From: Promethearchaeia archaeon
GTDB lineage: Archaea > Asgardarchaeota > Lokiarchaeia > Sigyniarchaeales > SOKP01
Direction of reading: 5' to 3'
DNA length: 20,389 nucleotides
Assembly: GCA_046483985.1 (NCBI GenBank)
Contig: JAWOCD010000119.1
Location: 1-20,389 of the forward strand
In this document: piece after piece, positions 8,660 to 16,291 of the stretch
How positions within the stretch are numbered: the first letter of the stretch is position 1
How the letters are laid out: each line of letters opens with the position of its first letter
Translations under genes and position numbers: made by a program
The notes under the pieces: generated by a model
Seen by the model: the letters and a program-made list of their open reading frames with translations, nothing else
Databases searched by the model: none
What the model was told of the DNA's origin: nothing

Positions 8660-8883
8660 ATAAAACTCAGCTCCTTTTTTTCCTCTAAATTTCCAAGTAC
8701 AACCTTTTCATCTAAAGCAAGTTTTGGAATCTCCTTCAATGCTTTAATGTATTTCATTTTGCATTCTTTGCTGCAAAAGGTCTTATGGATTGCGCCTCTC
8801 TTGAAATAGGGATTATCGAATGTATGCATAGTTCTTGAATTAATGATTAACTTTCCGCAATAGTCACAGATCAAGCCTCTCAC
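8656..8883 (-). CDS. TRASH-like Zn-binding protein
   Basis: CDYC...FCSKEC motif. Confidence 0.75.
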   Translation of the reverse strand: MRGLICDYCGKLIINSRTMHTFDNPYFKRGAIHKTFCSKECKMKYIKALKEIPKLALDEKVVLGNLEEKKELSFI

Positions 8884-9052
8884 CCCCAGATTTATAAAAA
8901 TCGAGCAATTCTAAAGTTTCAAGTTCGCATTGGAGAAATTCGGAAATTGCAGTTCGAACGCCCTCGCTGCGATTAGGAATTATATTGAGATCGATCAATT
9001 TTTGCAGATTTGCAATGTAAATCTCCGGCAAACTAATCGAAATATTTTTCAC
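8864..9052 (-). CDS. CopG/Arc/MetJ ribbon-helix-helix regulator
   Basis: NISISLPE...LQKLID..IIPNRSEGVRTAISEFL is a classic RHH pattern. Confidence 0.88.
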   Translation of the reverse strand: MKNISISLPEIYIANLQKLIDLNIIPNRSEGVRTAISEFLQCELETLELLDFYKSGGERLDL

Positions 9053-9350
9053 TTTTTTTTCTCCTCACTTTTTCAATGGAAAACCAGCCAGATTCGCAAT
9101 GCGGACATGTAATTGCTGCAACCCATTGATTTACTTGAAATGCTCTTAGTTTTCTTAAACTAAATGTATTACCGCATTCTTGGCATTTCACTCGATACCA
9201 GTGCGTTTGCACGTTTTCCAAGGCATTCCTAATCATTTTGAGATTCGTTTGCACCAAGATCGGATCGTCTTTTGTCATCTCAAGGTTTTCCAATGCATCG
9301 TTTATTGTTTTCTTCAAATTTTCTGAATTAATTTCTTTCATTTTTTTCAC
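9033..9350 (-). CDS. Zn-ribbon protein
   Basis: CQEC...CPHC after an N-terminal helical hairpin. Confidence 0.75.
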   Translation of the reverse strand: MKKMKEINSENLKKTINDALENLEMTKDDPILVQTNLKMIRNALENVQTHWYRVKCQECGNTFSLRKLRAFQVNQWVAAITCPHCESGWFSIEKVRRKKSEKYFD

Positions 9351-9574
9351 TTTTTTAATTTTTGATAATATTTTTGATTAGAAAGGCATATTTGCCTATA
9401 GCCTCGAAATGAGGCTAATTTTGACCGAGAAAGGGAAATAACAGGGTGAGAGATACCCAAATGGTACAGGGTGAGGAGGGCAAAATCAATCGCGCAAAGC
9501 GCAATAACCAAAAGACAAAAATCCAGTGGGTTATCTCTCTTTTTAAGAAAGAGTTTACCTTTCTCGTATATCAT
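9347..9574 (-). CDS. Hypothetical protein with one hydrophobic segment
   Basis: 75-aa ORF filling the gap between flanking genes. Confidence 0.45.
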   Translation of the reverse strand: MIYEKGKLFLKKRDNPLDFCLLVIALCAIDFALLTLYHLGISHPVISLSRSKLASFRGYRQICLSNQKYYQKLKK

Positions 9575-9577
9575 TTT

Positions 9578-10813
9578 CTAATCTAATACCTCTGTGAGTT
9601 TTTTTAATCTATTTATAACTACATTAATGCTTTTGCTTTCTGGATTTTCCTTAACTCGTTTAAGACCAGAAAGCATAAAGTCTAATTCTATGCCTAAATC
9701 CAAATCAAGATTTTGATTTATCGCTTCAAGCGCCTCAGAAATCGAGATTTTAGACTCAGAAAAATTCAAGTCAAGATTTGAATTTATTCCATTTAAAAGT
9801 GAGTTTTTTAATTCTTTAATTTGCCGATTAATGCAAAGTTTTGCTTTTAGTTCCTTGACTTGTTTCTTTTTCGCTTTAAGTTCCTTGTCATAAGTCTCAA
9901 AAGGATTGTCTCCTAACCATTTTTGAATCTCTTTTTCGCAATGATTAATAGCAATATCTGGTTTTGGTAAAATTGCATTAGCTTCACATTTGCGCCTCCC
10001 ATACTTTTCGATGTAATCGCTAACATAGTCAAGAGAATCATCAGCGCGGCGTCCGGAGCCAGTAGTGAGATTATCTATCCACATAAGATTATTTTGATTT
10101 ATAAAATCAAACGTGAGACCAAATCTATCGACAACTAAATTTTTGGGATCCCACCCTGTGGCCTTCCGGAGATCGCGCAAATTTTTTTTCAATTTATCGG
10201 CAATTAAGAGCCCGGCGGGATCAAAATCTGCATAGTACATTAGGATCGGTTTTAATCCCAATTCCTCTGCCTTCTTAAAGCGCTCAGCTAATTGCGCGCG
10301 TGAGAGTATGCTTGACCACCCGCGCGCGTTCGCGATGGGAATATGATATTTACTACATATTGATTTGAATAAATTGCGGACATCTACTTTCTCTACGAGC
10401 ATCTGTATATAGACATCTTGAGTTTCCCAGAATCCAGTTCGTACGTCGTTTTCGCATTCTAAGACCCAATCGAGATTACGCCTAATGATCACCTTGGGAT
10501 CTGATTTTCCCTCTGCTAAAGGCTCTACATTAATGTAATCCCGCGCCTCATCCAGTTCCACGAAATCAACCGGTAAATAACCGCGCTTTCGACAGCGATT
10601 GATAATCTTTTGCGCATAGTCAAATTGATCTTTACTGATTAACCCCATACCCTCTAAAAGATAACACCAACCTCTGCTACTTACTTTATCGCTCATTTGC
10701 GAATCAAGTTCCATGAGTGCATCAGCGAAGTTTTGTAATTGCTGCTCATATTTTTTCTTGAATTCCTTGCTTTTCCGACCTCTGCGATTCTCTGGGAGTA
10801 CAATATCAACCAT
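9578..10813 (-). CDS. TopoVI-A/Spo11-like protein (Mini-A type: winged helix with Tyr plus TOPRIM)
   Basis: SSRGWCYLL (R..Y of the 5Y-CAP domain), FWETQ..IQMLVEK, RGWSS, LMYYADFDPAG (DxD), RFGLT, EANA. Start placed at MVDIV (10813) after GGAGATGA. Confidence 0.82.
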   Translation of the reverse strand: MVDIVLPENRRGRKSKEFKKKYEQQLQNFADALMELDSQMSDKVSSRGWCYLLEGMGLISKDQFDYAQKIINRCRKRGYLPVDFVELDEARDYINVEPLAEGKSDPKVIIRRNLDWVLECENDVRTGFWETQDVYIQMLVEKVDVRNLFKSICSKYHIPIANARGWSSILSRAQLAERFKKAEELGLKPILMYYADFDPAGLLIADKLKKNLRDLRKATGWDPKNLVVDRFGLTFDFINQNNLMWIDNLTTGSGRRADDSLDYVSDYIEKYGRRKCEANAILPKPDIAINHCEKEIQKWLGDNPFETYDKELKAKKKQVKELKAKLCINRQIKELKNSLLNGINSNLDLNFSESKISISEALEAINQNLDLDLGIELDFMLSGLKRVKENPESKSINVVINRLKKLTEVLD

Positions 10814-10970
10814 TTTTAGAATCATCTCCAATTTTTAGAAACCAGATTAATACTTCTCTGACAGCATCAGAATTGTATTCAATATTTCTAAATTTGAATT
10901 TCTTTTGAGCTGCCTTCTTTACCCTTTCAGCAAGAGTTTTCTCGAGTTTAATATTTGTTTTTTCAAACAT
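10806..10970 (-). CDS. Ribbon-helix-helix protein (54 aa)
   Basis: Below the cutoff: MFEKTNIKLEKTLAERVKKAAQKKFKFRNIEYNSDAVREVLIWFLKIGDDSKNG; overlaps the Mini-A start. Confidence 0.75.
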   Translation of the reverse strand: MFEKTNIKLEKTLAERVKKAAQKKFKFRNIEYNSDAVREVLIWFLKIGDDSKNG

Positions 10971-11137
10971 TTTTTTTATCACTTTATTTTGTTTTTTATT
11001 TTGTTTTGAATTTGATTTTCCTTTACTTTAAAGATTTTTTGGCGGCCTTCCTTGATGTTCTTTTCCGCGATTTCCTTTTTTGACATCATTTTATCTTTTC
11101 CCTCTTTTTTCGCTCTGAAAAAAAATGAGAAATAAAA

Positions 11138-11476
11138 TTATGTAATAATTTCTGAAAATTTGGGAAGGTCAGGTTTAACCTTCCCTTGGTTTTCCATGTT
11201 TTTTTTATGCAGTTTGACCATACCTTCATTTCTGGGCTCTCGGAAAATCACAGAAGGATATTCGTAATACCTTTCTGGGCCATTTCCGAGAATATTTTTA
11301 AAAGTCTCATCTTCCCAATCATGTTCGTCGCTGGGAGTAAACTCCCAAAAACCACAGTACGGGCAGAAATGAGCAAGTTTATTATCCTCGTCTGAGATGA
11401 AAAGTCCTAAATCCTTGGGAGAATATTCCCCCATGCAGTTATTGCAGACAAACCACAATTCTTCTTGATCTGACAT
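11138..11476 (-). CDS. Zn-finger protein; its N-terminal domain is paralogous to that of 13244..13831
   Basis: VCNNC...LGL...HFCPYCGFWEF. Confidence 0.8.
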   Translation of the reverse strand: MSDQEELWFVCNNCMGEYSPKDLGLFISDEDNKLAHFCPYCGFWEFTPSDEHDWEDETFKNILGNGPERYYEYPSVIFREPRNEGMVKLHKKNMENQGKVKPDLPKFSEIIT

Positions 11477-11683
11477 TTATTCGGACACCTCAATTGATTC
11501 TGACTGCATAGATTCCTCTAATAGATTTGCTAAAGGCATTTTTGCAGCTTGTTTTAGAATAAATCTAAGAGTCTCTGAATTGTTCTTTAAACCCAGAGCT
11601 TTTTTAATCTTTTTAAAATTCTGATATGCTATTCCAGATTTATTGAGGGCGACTCTTAGATCTATTGTTTTTAGATTTGACAT
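11477..11683 (-). CDS. RHH-like transcription regulator (left gene of the divergent pair)
   Basis: IDLRVAL...FKKIKKALGLKNNSETLRFILKQ. Confidence 0.8.
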   Translation of the reverse strand: MSNLKTIDLRVALNKSGIAYQNFKKIKKALGLKNNSETLRFILKQAAKMPLANLLEESMQSESIEVSE

Positions 11684-11751
11684 TATTTTATAGTCTCTTA
11701 TAATTTTTTTTAGTTTAATTTATCCAATTTTAGACATTATTATTATGGAAA

Positions 11752-11879
11752 AGTTCCTTTATAAAGTTATGGATAAAAATGGACAGAAAAAACCAAAAGG
11801 AACTAAACAAGCCAAAAACTTATGTAAGAGAAGAAGAATAGTTCCTTTATAAAGTTATGGATAAAAATGGACAGAAAAA
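11752..11879. repeat. Two exact 40-bp direct repeats, each with a palindromic TATA box
   Basis: AGTTCCTTTATAAAGTTATGGATAAAAATGGACAGAAAAA at 11752-11791 and 11840-11879; 48-bp spacer. Confidence 0.95.
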
Positions 11880-11888
11880 GATGAAAAA

Positions 11889-12050
11889 ATGGTTGTCCGT
11901 CTAATACTAAAAAAGAATCGGGATCAACCAATTTATGAGTTTTTTGAAAAGATTAAAACTCATTTAGGGTTGAAAGTAAATACAGAAGTTGCCCGATATT
12001 GTATTAAACGCACTTATGAGATGCTAAGAGAAAAAGGAAAGATTAAATAA
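11889..12050 (+). CDS. RHH-like transcription regulator (right gene of the divergent pair, 53 aa)
   Basis: Below the cutoff: MVVRLILKKNRDQPIYEFFEKIKTHLGLKVNTEVARYCIKRTYEMLREKGKIK, a clear paralogue of 11477..11683; TATA box at 11846-11853. Confidence 0.8.
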   Translation: MVVRLILKKNRDQPIYEFFEKIKTHLGLKVNTEVARYCIKRTYEMLREKGKIK

Positions 12051-12243
12051 GCGCATCTTGAAAACTGCAATTTTTTAGTGTTTCCCCTTCTTCTTTTAGA
12101 AAGTCCTCAATTTCTTTATCTATTTTCTTCCCTTTTAGAATTGCTCTTGCCTTAAAAAAATAATAACATTGTTCAGGTAGGGAAATTTCAATTCTCTTTT
12201 TATTATTAGTTTGAGACATTTTTTTGTTTTTTAACCTCCTCAT
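12043..12243 (-). CDS. Arc-like RHH protein
   Basis: RIEISLPEQCYYFFKARAILKGKKIDKEIEDFLKE; the true start may be MSQT. Confidence 0.7.
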   Translation of the reverse strand: MRRLKNKKMSQTNNKKRIEISLPEQCYYFFKARAILKGKKIDKEIEDFLKEEGETLKNCSFQDALI

Positions 12244-12446
12244 TTGTTATTCAGATAGATATTTTATTTTTTGATTTTTGAATCATATTTATCTAATAAG
12301 AAAAATGCTTTATAATATTTGACTAATATACTAATCCGGCACACACTTATCTTTAAGTAACAGAGGGAGGGAGGGGTCATTAAAAGTAAAAGTGAATTGT
12401 GTCGGAAAAAATAAAGATAAAAAAGAAAATGAAATTGGAAAATTAG

Positions 12447-12776
12447 TTATTCCAGCCCTTGGAGAAAATCTTTTAATTTTTGGGGATCGCGGTCGGCCAG
12501 CAAGGAATCAATCCTTTTTTTATGTGTTTCCCAGGTCATCTTATGAATTGGGGTCCCTAATGACTTCGAGCGTTTGCTCGAACGTTTTAGGTTAGGATCA
12601 TAGTAGTTTTCGATTTCATAAAAATAGATTTTATTCCCTGAAGGAATCGCTTCTAACTTTTTTCGTTGTATCCGGGCGGCCAAGTCTCGAATCTCCCGCA
12701 GCGCCTCCTTGGGGTCTTTAATCTTAGAGATCCGGATAACCTCTTGTTTTAATTTCTTGAACTGCACTTTAATCAC
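12447..12776 (-). CDS. Basic putative DNA-binding protein (beta-hairpin motif)
   Basis: GNKIYFYEIENYYDPNLKRSSKRSKSLG resembles the G..Y.Y.....YD.....LG motif of archaeal virus proteins and IS1634-type transposase N-termini. Confidence 0.65.
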   Translation of the reverse strand: MIKVQFKKLKQEVIRISKIKDPKEALREIRDLAARIQRKKLEAIPSGNKIYFYEIENYYDPNLKRSSKRSKSLGTPIHKMTWETHKKRIDSLLADRDPQKLKDFLQGLE

Positions 12777-12781
12777 TATAT

Positions 12782-12896
12782 TTAGAATTTGTTTTTATCG
12801 CTAAAATATTTGTCTTGGGAAAATCTTTCCTCTTCGCTACGTTTTATTCAGAAATTTGGCTGCTTCTTCCGACACTTCAATTTCGATTTTTACCAT
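12782..12896 (-). pseudogene. Frameshifted RHH-like remnant
   Basis: MVKIEIEVSEEAAKFLNK, then one extra A, then RSEEERFSQDKYFSDKNKF. Confidence 0.35.
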
Positions 12897-13019
12897 TTTT
12901 ATTTTTTCATTATTTGTAGTATTTTTTTCCCTTTTACATGGCAAGGGTATATCCCTTGTCTTATGCTTATACTCGTGCAGAGCATAAGAAACATAAGAAA
13001 GAAAATAAAAAAATTAAAA

Positions 13020-13178
13020 TTAAACAGATTTATGATGCTCCTTACAGACCGGGACTCCGCAGTTGCCGCGAAGGACAACTTGCACTGCCTTATTATTGCA
13101 TCCAGAAATAGCGCATAATCCCTCATTGATTTTCATCCGCATCACTTCATCGTTCATGCTTTTTTTGATTTCGCACAT
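13020..13178 (-). CDS. Small Cys/His Zn-finger protein (52 aa)
   Basis: GGAGGTGA RBS; MCEIKKSMNDEVMRMKINEGLCAISGCNNKAVQVVLRGNCGVPVCKEHHKSV; followed by a T-tract. Preferred over track ORF 12899..13126. Confidence 0.75.
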   Translation of the reverse strand: MCEIKKSMNDEVMRMKINEGLCAISGCNNKAVQVVLRGNCGVPVCKEHHKSV

Positions 13179-13243
13179 TTTAGTTTTCACCTCCTCTAAT
13201 TAGATTTTTATTTAGTTTTATTTATTTAAAAAAAATAAGAAAG

Positions 13244-13831
13244 TTAGGCTACCTTTTTGTAGTAGGTTTGTTCTGGAAATTTTGGAAGCCATGACTCCGC
13301 AGGTGCTCGGTAATACAGAAAATATTTTGTGTATCCGTTGTGGTATTCCTTGTCAAGTTCATAGAATTCAAAAGTCTCATTAAGGTCCGCAAACTCGGTG
13401 CGAAAGCGTTCAAAATCCTCGGAGTTGGAAACGAGAATCTCAATCTCAATCTCCTTCCATCTCTGGGCCTCCATCCATTCATAAGCTTTCTCCCGTGCCT
13501 CAATAATATGATCCCAGAACTCCCGTTCCGATTTGCGGAGGATTGTTTCAAAATCATCGCGACAATAAACATGATACTCGTTCTCAAAATGTGTCTGTGC
13601 CAATTCCTTTTTTAGATCGGTATTATGTTTGAATACTTCATCAGAATCCAGAAACTCCGTGAAATAACAACGCGGGCAATAATGTAAAATATGTCCGTCT
13701 GTATCCAGAGCCATGCCAAGGTTTCCAATTTCGTTGATTAGGCCGCAGTTCGTGCAAACTACGGATATTTGTTGGGTCTTATCATTTTCGCCAGTTTTAA
13801 GAGTTTGGTGCTCTTTTTCATTTGACAACAT
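13244..13831 (-). CDS. Zn-finger protein with an acidic C-terminal domain
   Basis: VCTNC...LGM...HYCPRCYFTEF; start moved to ATG 13831, 25 bp after a TATA box (leaderless). Confidence 0.82.
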   Translation of the reverse strand: MLSNEKEHQTLKTGENDKTQQISVVCTNCGLINEIGNLGMALDTDGHILHYCPRCYFTEFLDSDEVFKHNTDLKKELAQTHFENEYHVYCRDDFETILRKSEREFWDHIIEAREKAYEWMEAQRWKEIEIEILVSNSEDFERFRTEFADLNETFEFYELDKEYHNGYTKYFLYYRAPAESWLPKFPEQTYYKKVA

Positions 13832-13855
13832 ATAATATAATAATATCAAGGAGAC

Positions 13856-13870
13856 TATATAAAGGTTTCG
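13856..13870 (-). promoter_or_regulatory. Canonical archaeal promoter (BRE plus TATA)
   Basis: The minus strand reads CGAAA-CC-TTTATATA, 25 bp upstream of ATG 13831. Confidence 0.7.
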
Positions 13871-13925
13871 CATACGAAAATATAAACAGTACGAGTCTTT
13901 TTCACTTTTTTATATTTTCCCATTT

Positions 13926-14825
13926 TTAATCCTCCTCAAATTTTACATATATTTTAGTTCCATGGCGCTTTACTTTTGCCCCGCGTTTCCGTAATGCTCG
14001 TGCATGTCCGATTGCTGCGGGCTCGGTTTGGTGCTTCTTATGCAAAACAAAACCCTCCAAATCAGCTTTTGAATGGCGTTCGCTTTCACCCCACCATCCT
14101 CTCCCTTTTTTTGGTTTTTGCTCTTCTTTTTTACCTTTATTTAGATTTAGAGTAATCCCTTCTTCCTCCATATATTTCTTAACCTCTTCCCTTTGAATAG
14201 AGGATAAATCTGGGTCAAACTCAATATTAGTTACTTGTATTTTTTCAGGATTTTCTATAATCGCTTCATGTTCAGTTGGATATCTCACTAATTGATCTAT
14301 TGTATCTAATAGATCAATTTCCTTAATATCTATCTCAGCTTCAGCGAGATGTGTTACATATTTCATTCCCTCATCCTTAAAACCTTCAGAAGGGTCAAAG
14401 GACCATGAAGTATACTTATCTGGAGTTTCCTCGGTATAAATATTAAAAAGACGATAGATATAAATTGAATCATTTTCATCCTCAAGATAATACTTTAGCT
14501 GCTCTACGGCTTCCTTAATTTCGTTAATAGGATACTTCTCGAGCTTCTCAATTGCCTCTTTTTCTAACTCTTCCCATGCTATTTCTCGTGTGTCAGAAAT
14601 GTCAGAAATATCTAATCTTCCAACATACTCAAAATCAGCAGCTTGCGCTTTCTTGCTCCGCTTCTCATGCTCCTTTTTTGCCTTTTCTAATGAGATAAAT
14701 TCCCCGCCAAATCTCGGATTTAGAACTTTCTGTTTCCTCGAATACGAACTTACCTTTGTACCGTCTTTCCTGGTATATCCGCTTACATTAACCTTCTTTT
14801 TTACATATTTCTTTTTCTCTCTCAT
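13926..14825 (-). CDS. Putative R-S-E ADP-ribosyltransferase domain protein with basic terminal motifs
   Basis: IYIYR(125)...TSWS(139-142)...EHE(185-187)AII; N-terminal VSGYTRKDGTKVSSYSR; C-terminal GWWGESERHSKA. Confidence 0.72.
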   Translation of the reverse strand: MREKKKYVKKKVNVSGYTRKDGTKVSSYSRKQKVLNPRFGGEFISLEKAKKEHEKRSKKAQAADFEYVGRLDISDISDTREIAWEELEKEAIEKLEKYPINEIKEAVEQLKYYLEDENDSIYIYRLFNIYTEETPDKYTSWSFDPSEGFKDEGMKYVTHLAEAEIDIKEIDLLDTIDQLVRYPTEHEAIIENPEKIQVTNIEFDPDLSSIQREEVKKYMEEEGITLNLNKGKKEEQKPKKGRGWWGESERHSKADLEGFVLHKKHQTEPAAIGHARALRKRGAKVKRHGTKIYVKFEED

Positions 14826-14827
14826 CT

Positions 14828-15025
14828 TTACCTCCTCTTAGTACTTACTTTAATTTGCTCCCATTTTGGGTTCAGTCCGGCTGTCGTCTCCCGATTCTTA
14901 GTCTCTCTAATTATCTTCTTTGCCTCTTCATTAAAGTTTCGCGCGGAATAATAGAAATCTCGCTTTGCACAAAGCCTTAAAATCTCAGCATTAATTCTTT
15001 TGATTATTTCATCTATATTACACAT
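14828..15025 (-). CDS. Hypothetical protein
   Basis: 65 aa, directly after the ATPase stop; RBS-like AGGTGT upstream. Confidence 0.6.
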   Translation of the reverse strand: MCNIDEIIKRINAEILRLCAKRDFYYSARNFNEEAKKIIRETKNRETTAGLNPKWEQIKVSTKRR

Positions 15026-16288
15026 CTATGCAATTACACCTTGATTTTGCATTTCAATTTCATTTCTTGTATGGGAACTTTGCGCATTTCCCATAGATTT
15101 AATTTTAAATATATATCTTTTTTCAATATCAAACTTTTTCTTACATTTCTTACATTTGGTTCTAGGTCTTTTCAGAAGGGTATCTACAGAGTTGGGCGTA
15201 TATATCTGGTTATTCCCACATTTTGGACATTTTATAGGTATTTCCCAATTCCCATTAATTATGCTCACATTATCATTTGGCTCCATTAGATATTCTTTTG
15301 GTTGAGTTTGCCTATTTCGTTCACCAGTTTGTTCTTGCTCATTCTGGGTCTCTAATGTATCGATCGCCCTATAAATAACTTCTGTGAAACACCCGTCCGT
15401 AATATACATTTTACGCTCTAATTGTTTTAAATCATCTAACAACTTATGTAATCGCCCTTTTTGGCGTGCTCTGCTCCACTCCACAAAGTTGTCTATTTTC
15501 AGAATCTTGTCGATGAGTTTCTGTTTTTGCTTTGCCGCCATATTGTCCGCCTTGGCATATACAAATTGGATATTCTTTAAACCGCGTGTATCGGCATAGA
15601 AAAAGGTAAACATTTCGTCTTTATCAACCGCAATAGCCGTCTTACGCCACTCGTAATTGTGTTTTCTGACCGCCTCATCGTCCATATGTTTCAGTAAATC
15701 TACTAAATTATCATCCCAAATCATTTCTTCGGCTGCTTTTGAATATCCTTTGAATATGTGAAATGCACACATTTCCCGCAGTCGTTTATCAACCGCTTTT
15801 TGGTCTTGTGCTAATACGGCAAAGAATACTAATCCACCGGCGTGGCCGCTACCTTCTTCGGTTGCTCGATCTTGTAATTCGTGTCGAATTTTGTAGATAA
15901 CTTGCGACATCTTTGCATTCGCCATACTCTGCCGCGAATCTAACACATCGACCGCATCATCCAAAACCAAGAAATGAATCCACTTATTCGACCGACTTAC
16001 CTGTTCAATTGCCGCCCATACATCGTAGACTTCGCAGAAATTAACATTTCCTTCGCCCCAAATGGTATCCATTACATTTGCAAAATACCGCTTTACAAGC
16101 GTTGATTTACCGATCCCGACCGTACCGTTAGCGGTAAACGGGACAAACTCGTAATGATCCTTCGGAAATTCTTGGTTATCGGGCCATCCAAATGTTTCCG
16201 CTTCGAATTGTTCGGTGTTGCGGATAAAATCGTCTATGGTGGGCTGGTATCCTTGCATTTGACCCATCGCTTGTGTGAATTGCGCCAT
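15026..16288 (-). CDS. FtsK/HerA-superfamily (A32/Zot-like) packaging or extrusion ATPase with C-terminal Zn ribbon
   Basis: Walker A GTVGIGKST, Walker B FLVLDD, KIRH, LAQ and VDKRLRE motifs; CPKC..CKKC tail. Confidence 0.82.
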   Translation of the reverse strand: MAQFTQAMGQMQGYQPTIDDFIRNTEQFEAETFGWPDNQEFPKDHYEFVPFTANGTVGIGKSTLVKRYFANVMDTIWGEGNVNFCEVYDVWAAIEQVSRSNKWIHFLVLDDAVDVLDSRQSMANAKMSQVIYKIRHELQDRATEEGSGHAGGLVFFAVLAQDQKAVDKRLREMCAFHIFKGYSKAAEEMIWDDNLVDLLKHMDDEAVRKHNYEWRKTAIAVDKDEMFTFFYADTRGLKNIQFVYAKADNMAAKQKQKLIDKILKIDNFVEWSRARQKGRLHKLLDDLKQLERKMYITDGCFTEVIYRAIDTLETQNEQEQTGERNRQTQPKEYLMEPNDNVSIINGNWEIPIKCPKCGNNQIYTPNSVDTLLKRPRTKCKKCKKKFDIEKRYIFKIKSMGNAQSSHTRNEIEMQNQGVIA

Positions 16289-16291
16289 GTT

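Noticed and set aside
11752-11879. CRISPR mini-array (repeat-spacer-repeat)
   Set aside because: Only two copies, no typical GAAA(C/G)-type repeat end, no cas genes, and the spacer itself contains an inverted part of the repeat. Promoter or operator duplication fits better.
12447-12776. IS1634-type transposase
   Set aside because: Only a short N-terminal-like motif is present, with no DDE domain or terminal inverted repeats.
12899-13126. 75-aa minus-strand track ORF
   Set aside because: The overlapping frame 13020..13178 has a strong RBS and a Zn-finger motif; the track ORF runs through a T-rich terminator-like tract.
1484-15028. Amber readthrough or recoding: TAG stops at 1493, 9578 and 15026 are each in frame with the next gene, and the tRNA-like loop contains CTA
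   Set aside because: In-frame junctions also occur with TAA and TGA stops, at least two of the downstream genes have their own RBS-like motifs, long ORFs have no internal TAG, and no 7-nt CUA anticodon loop can be folded.
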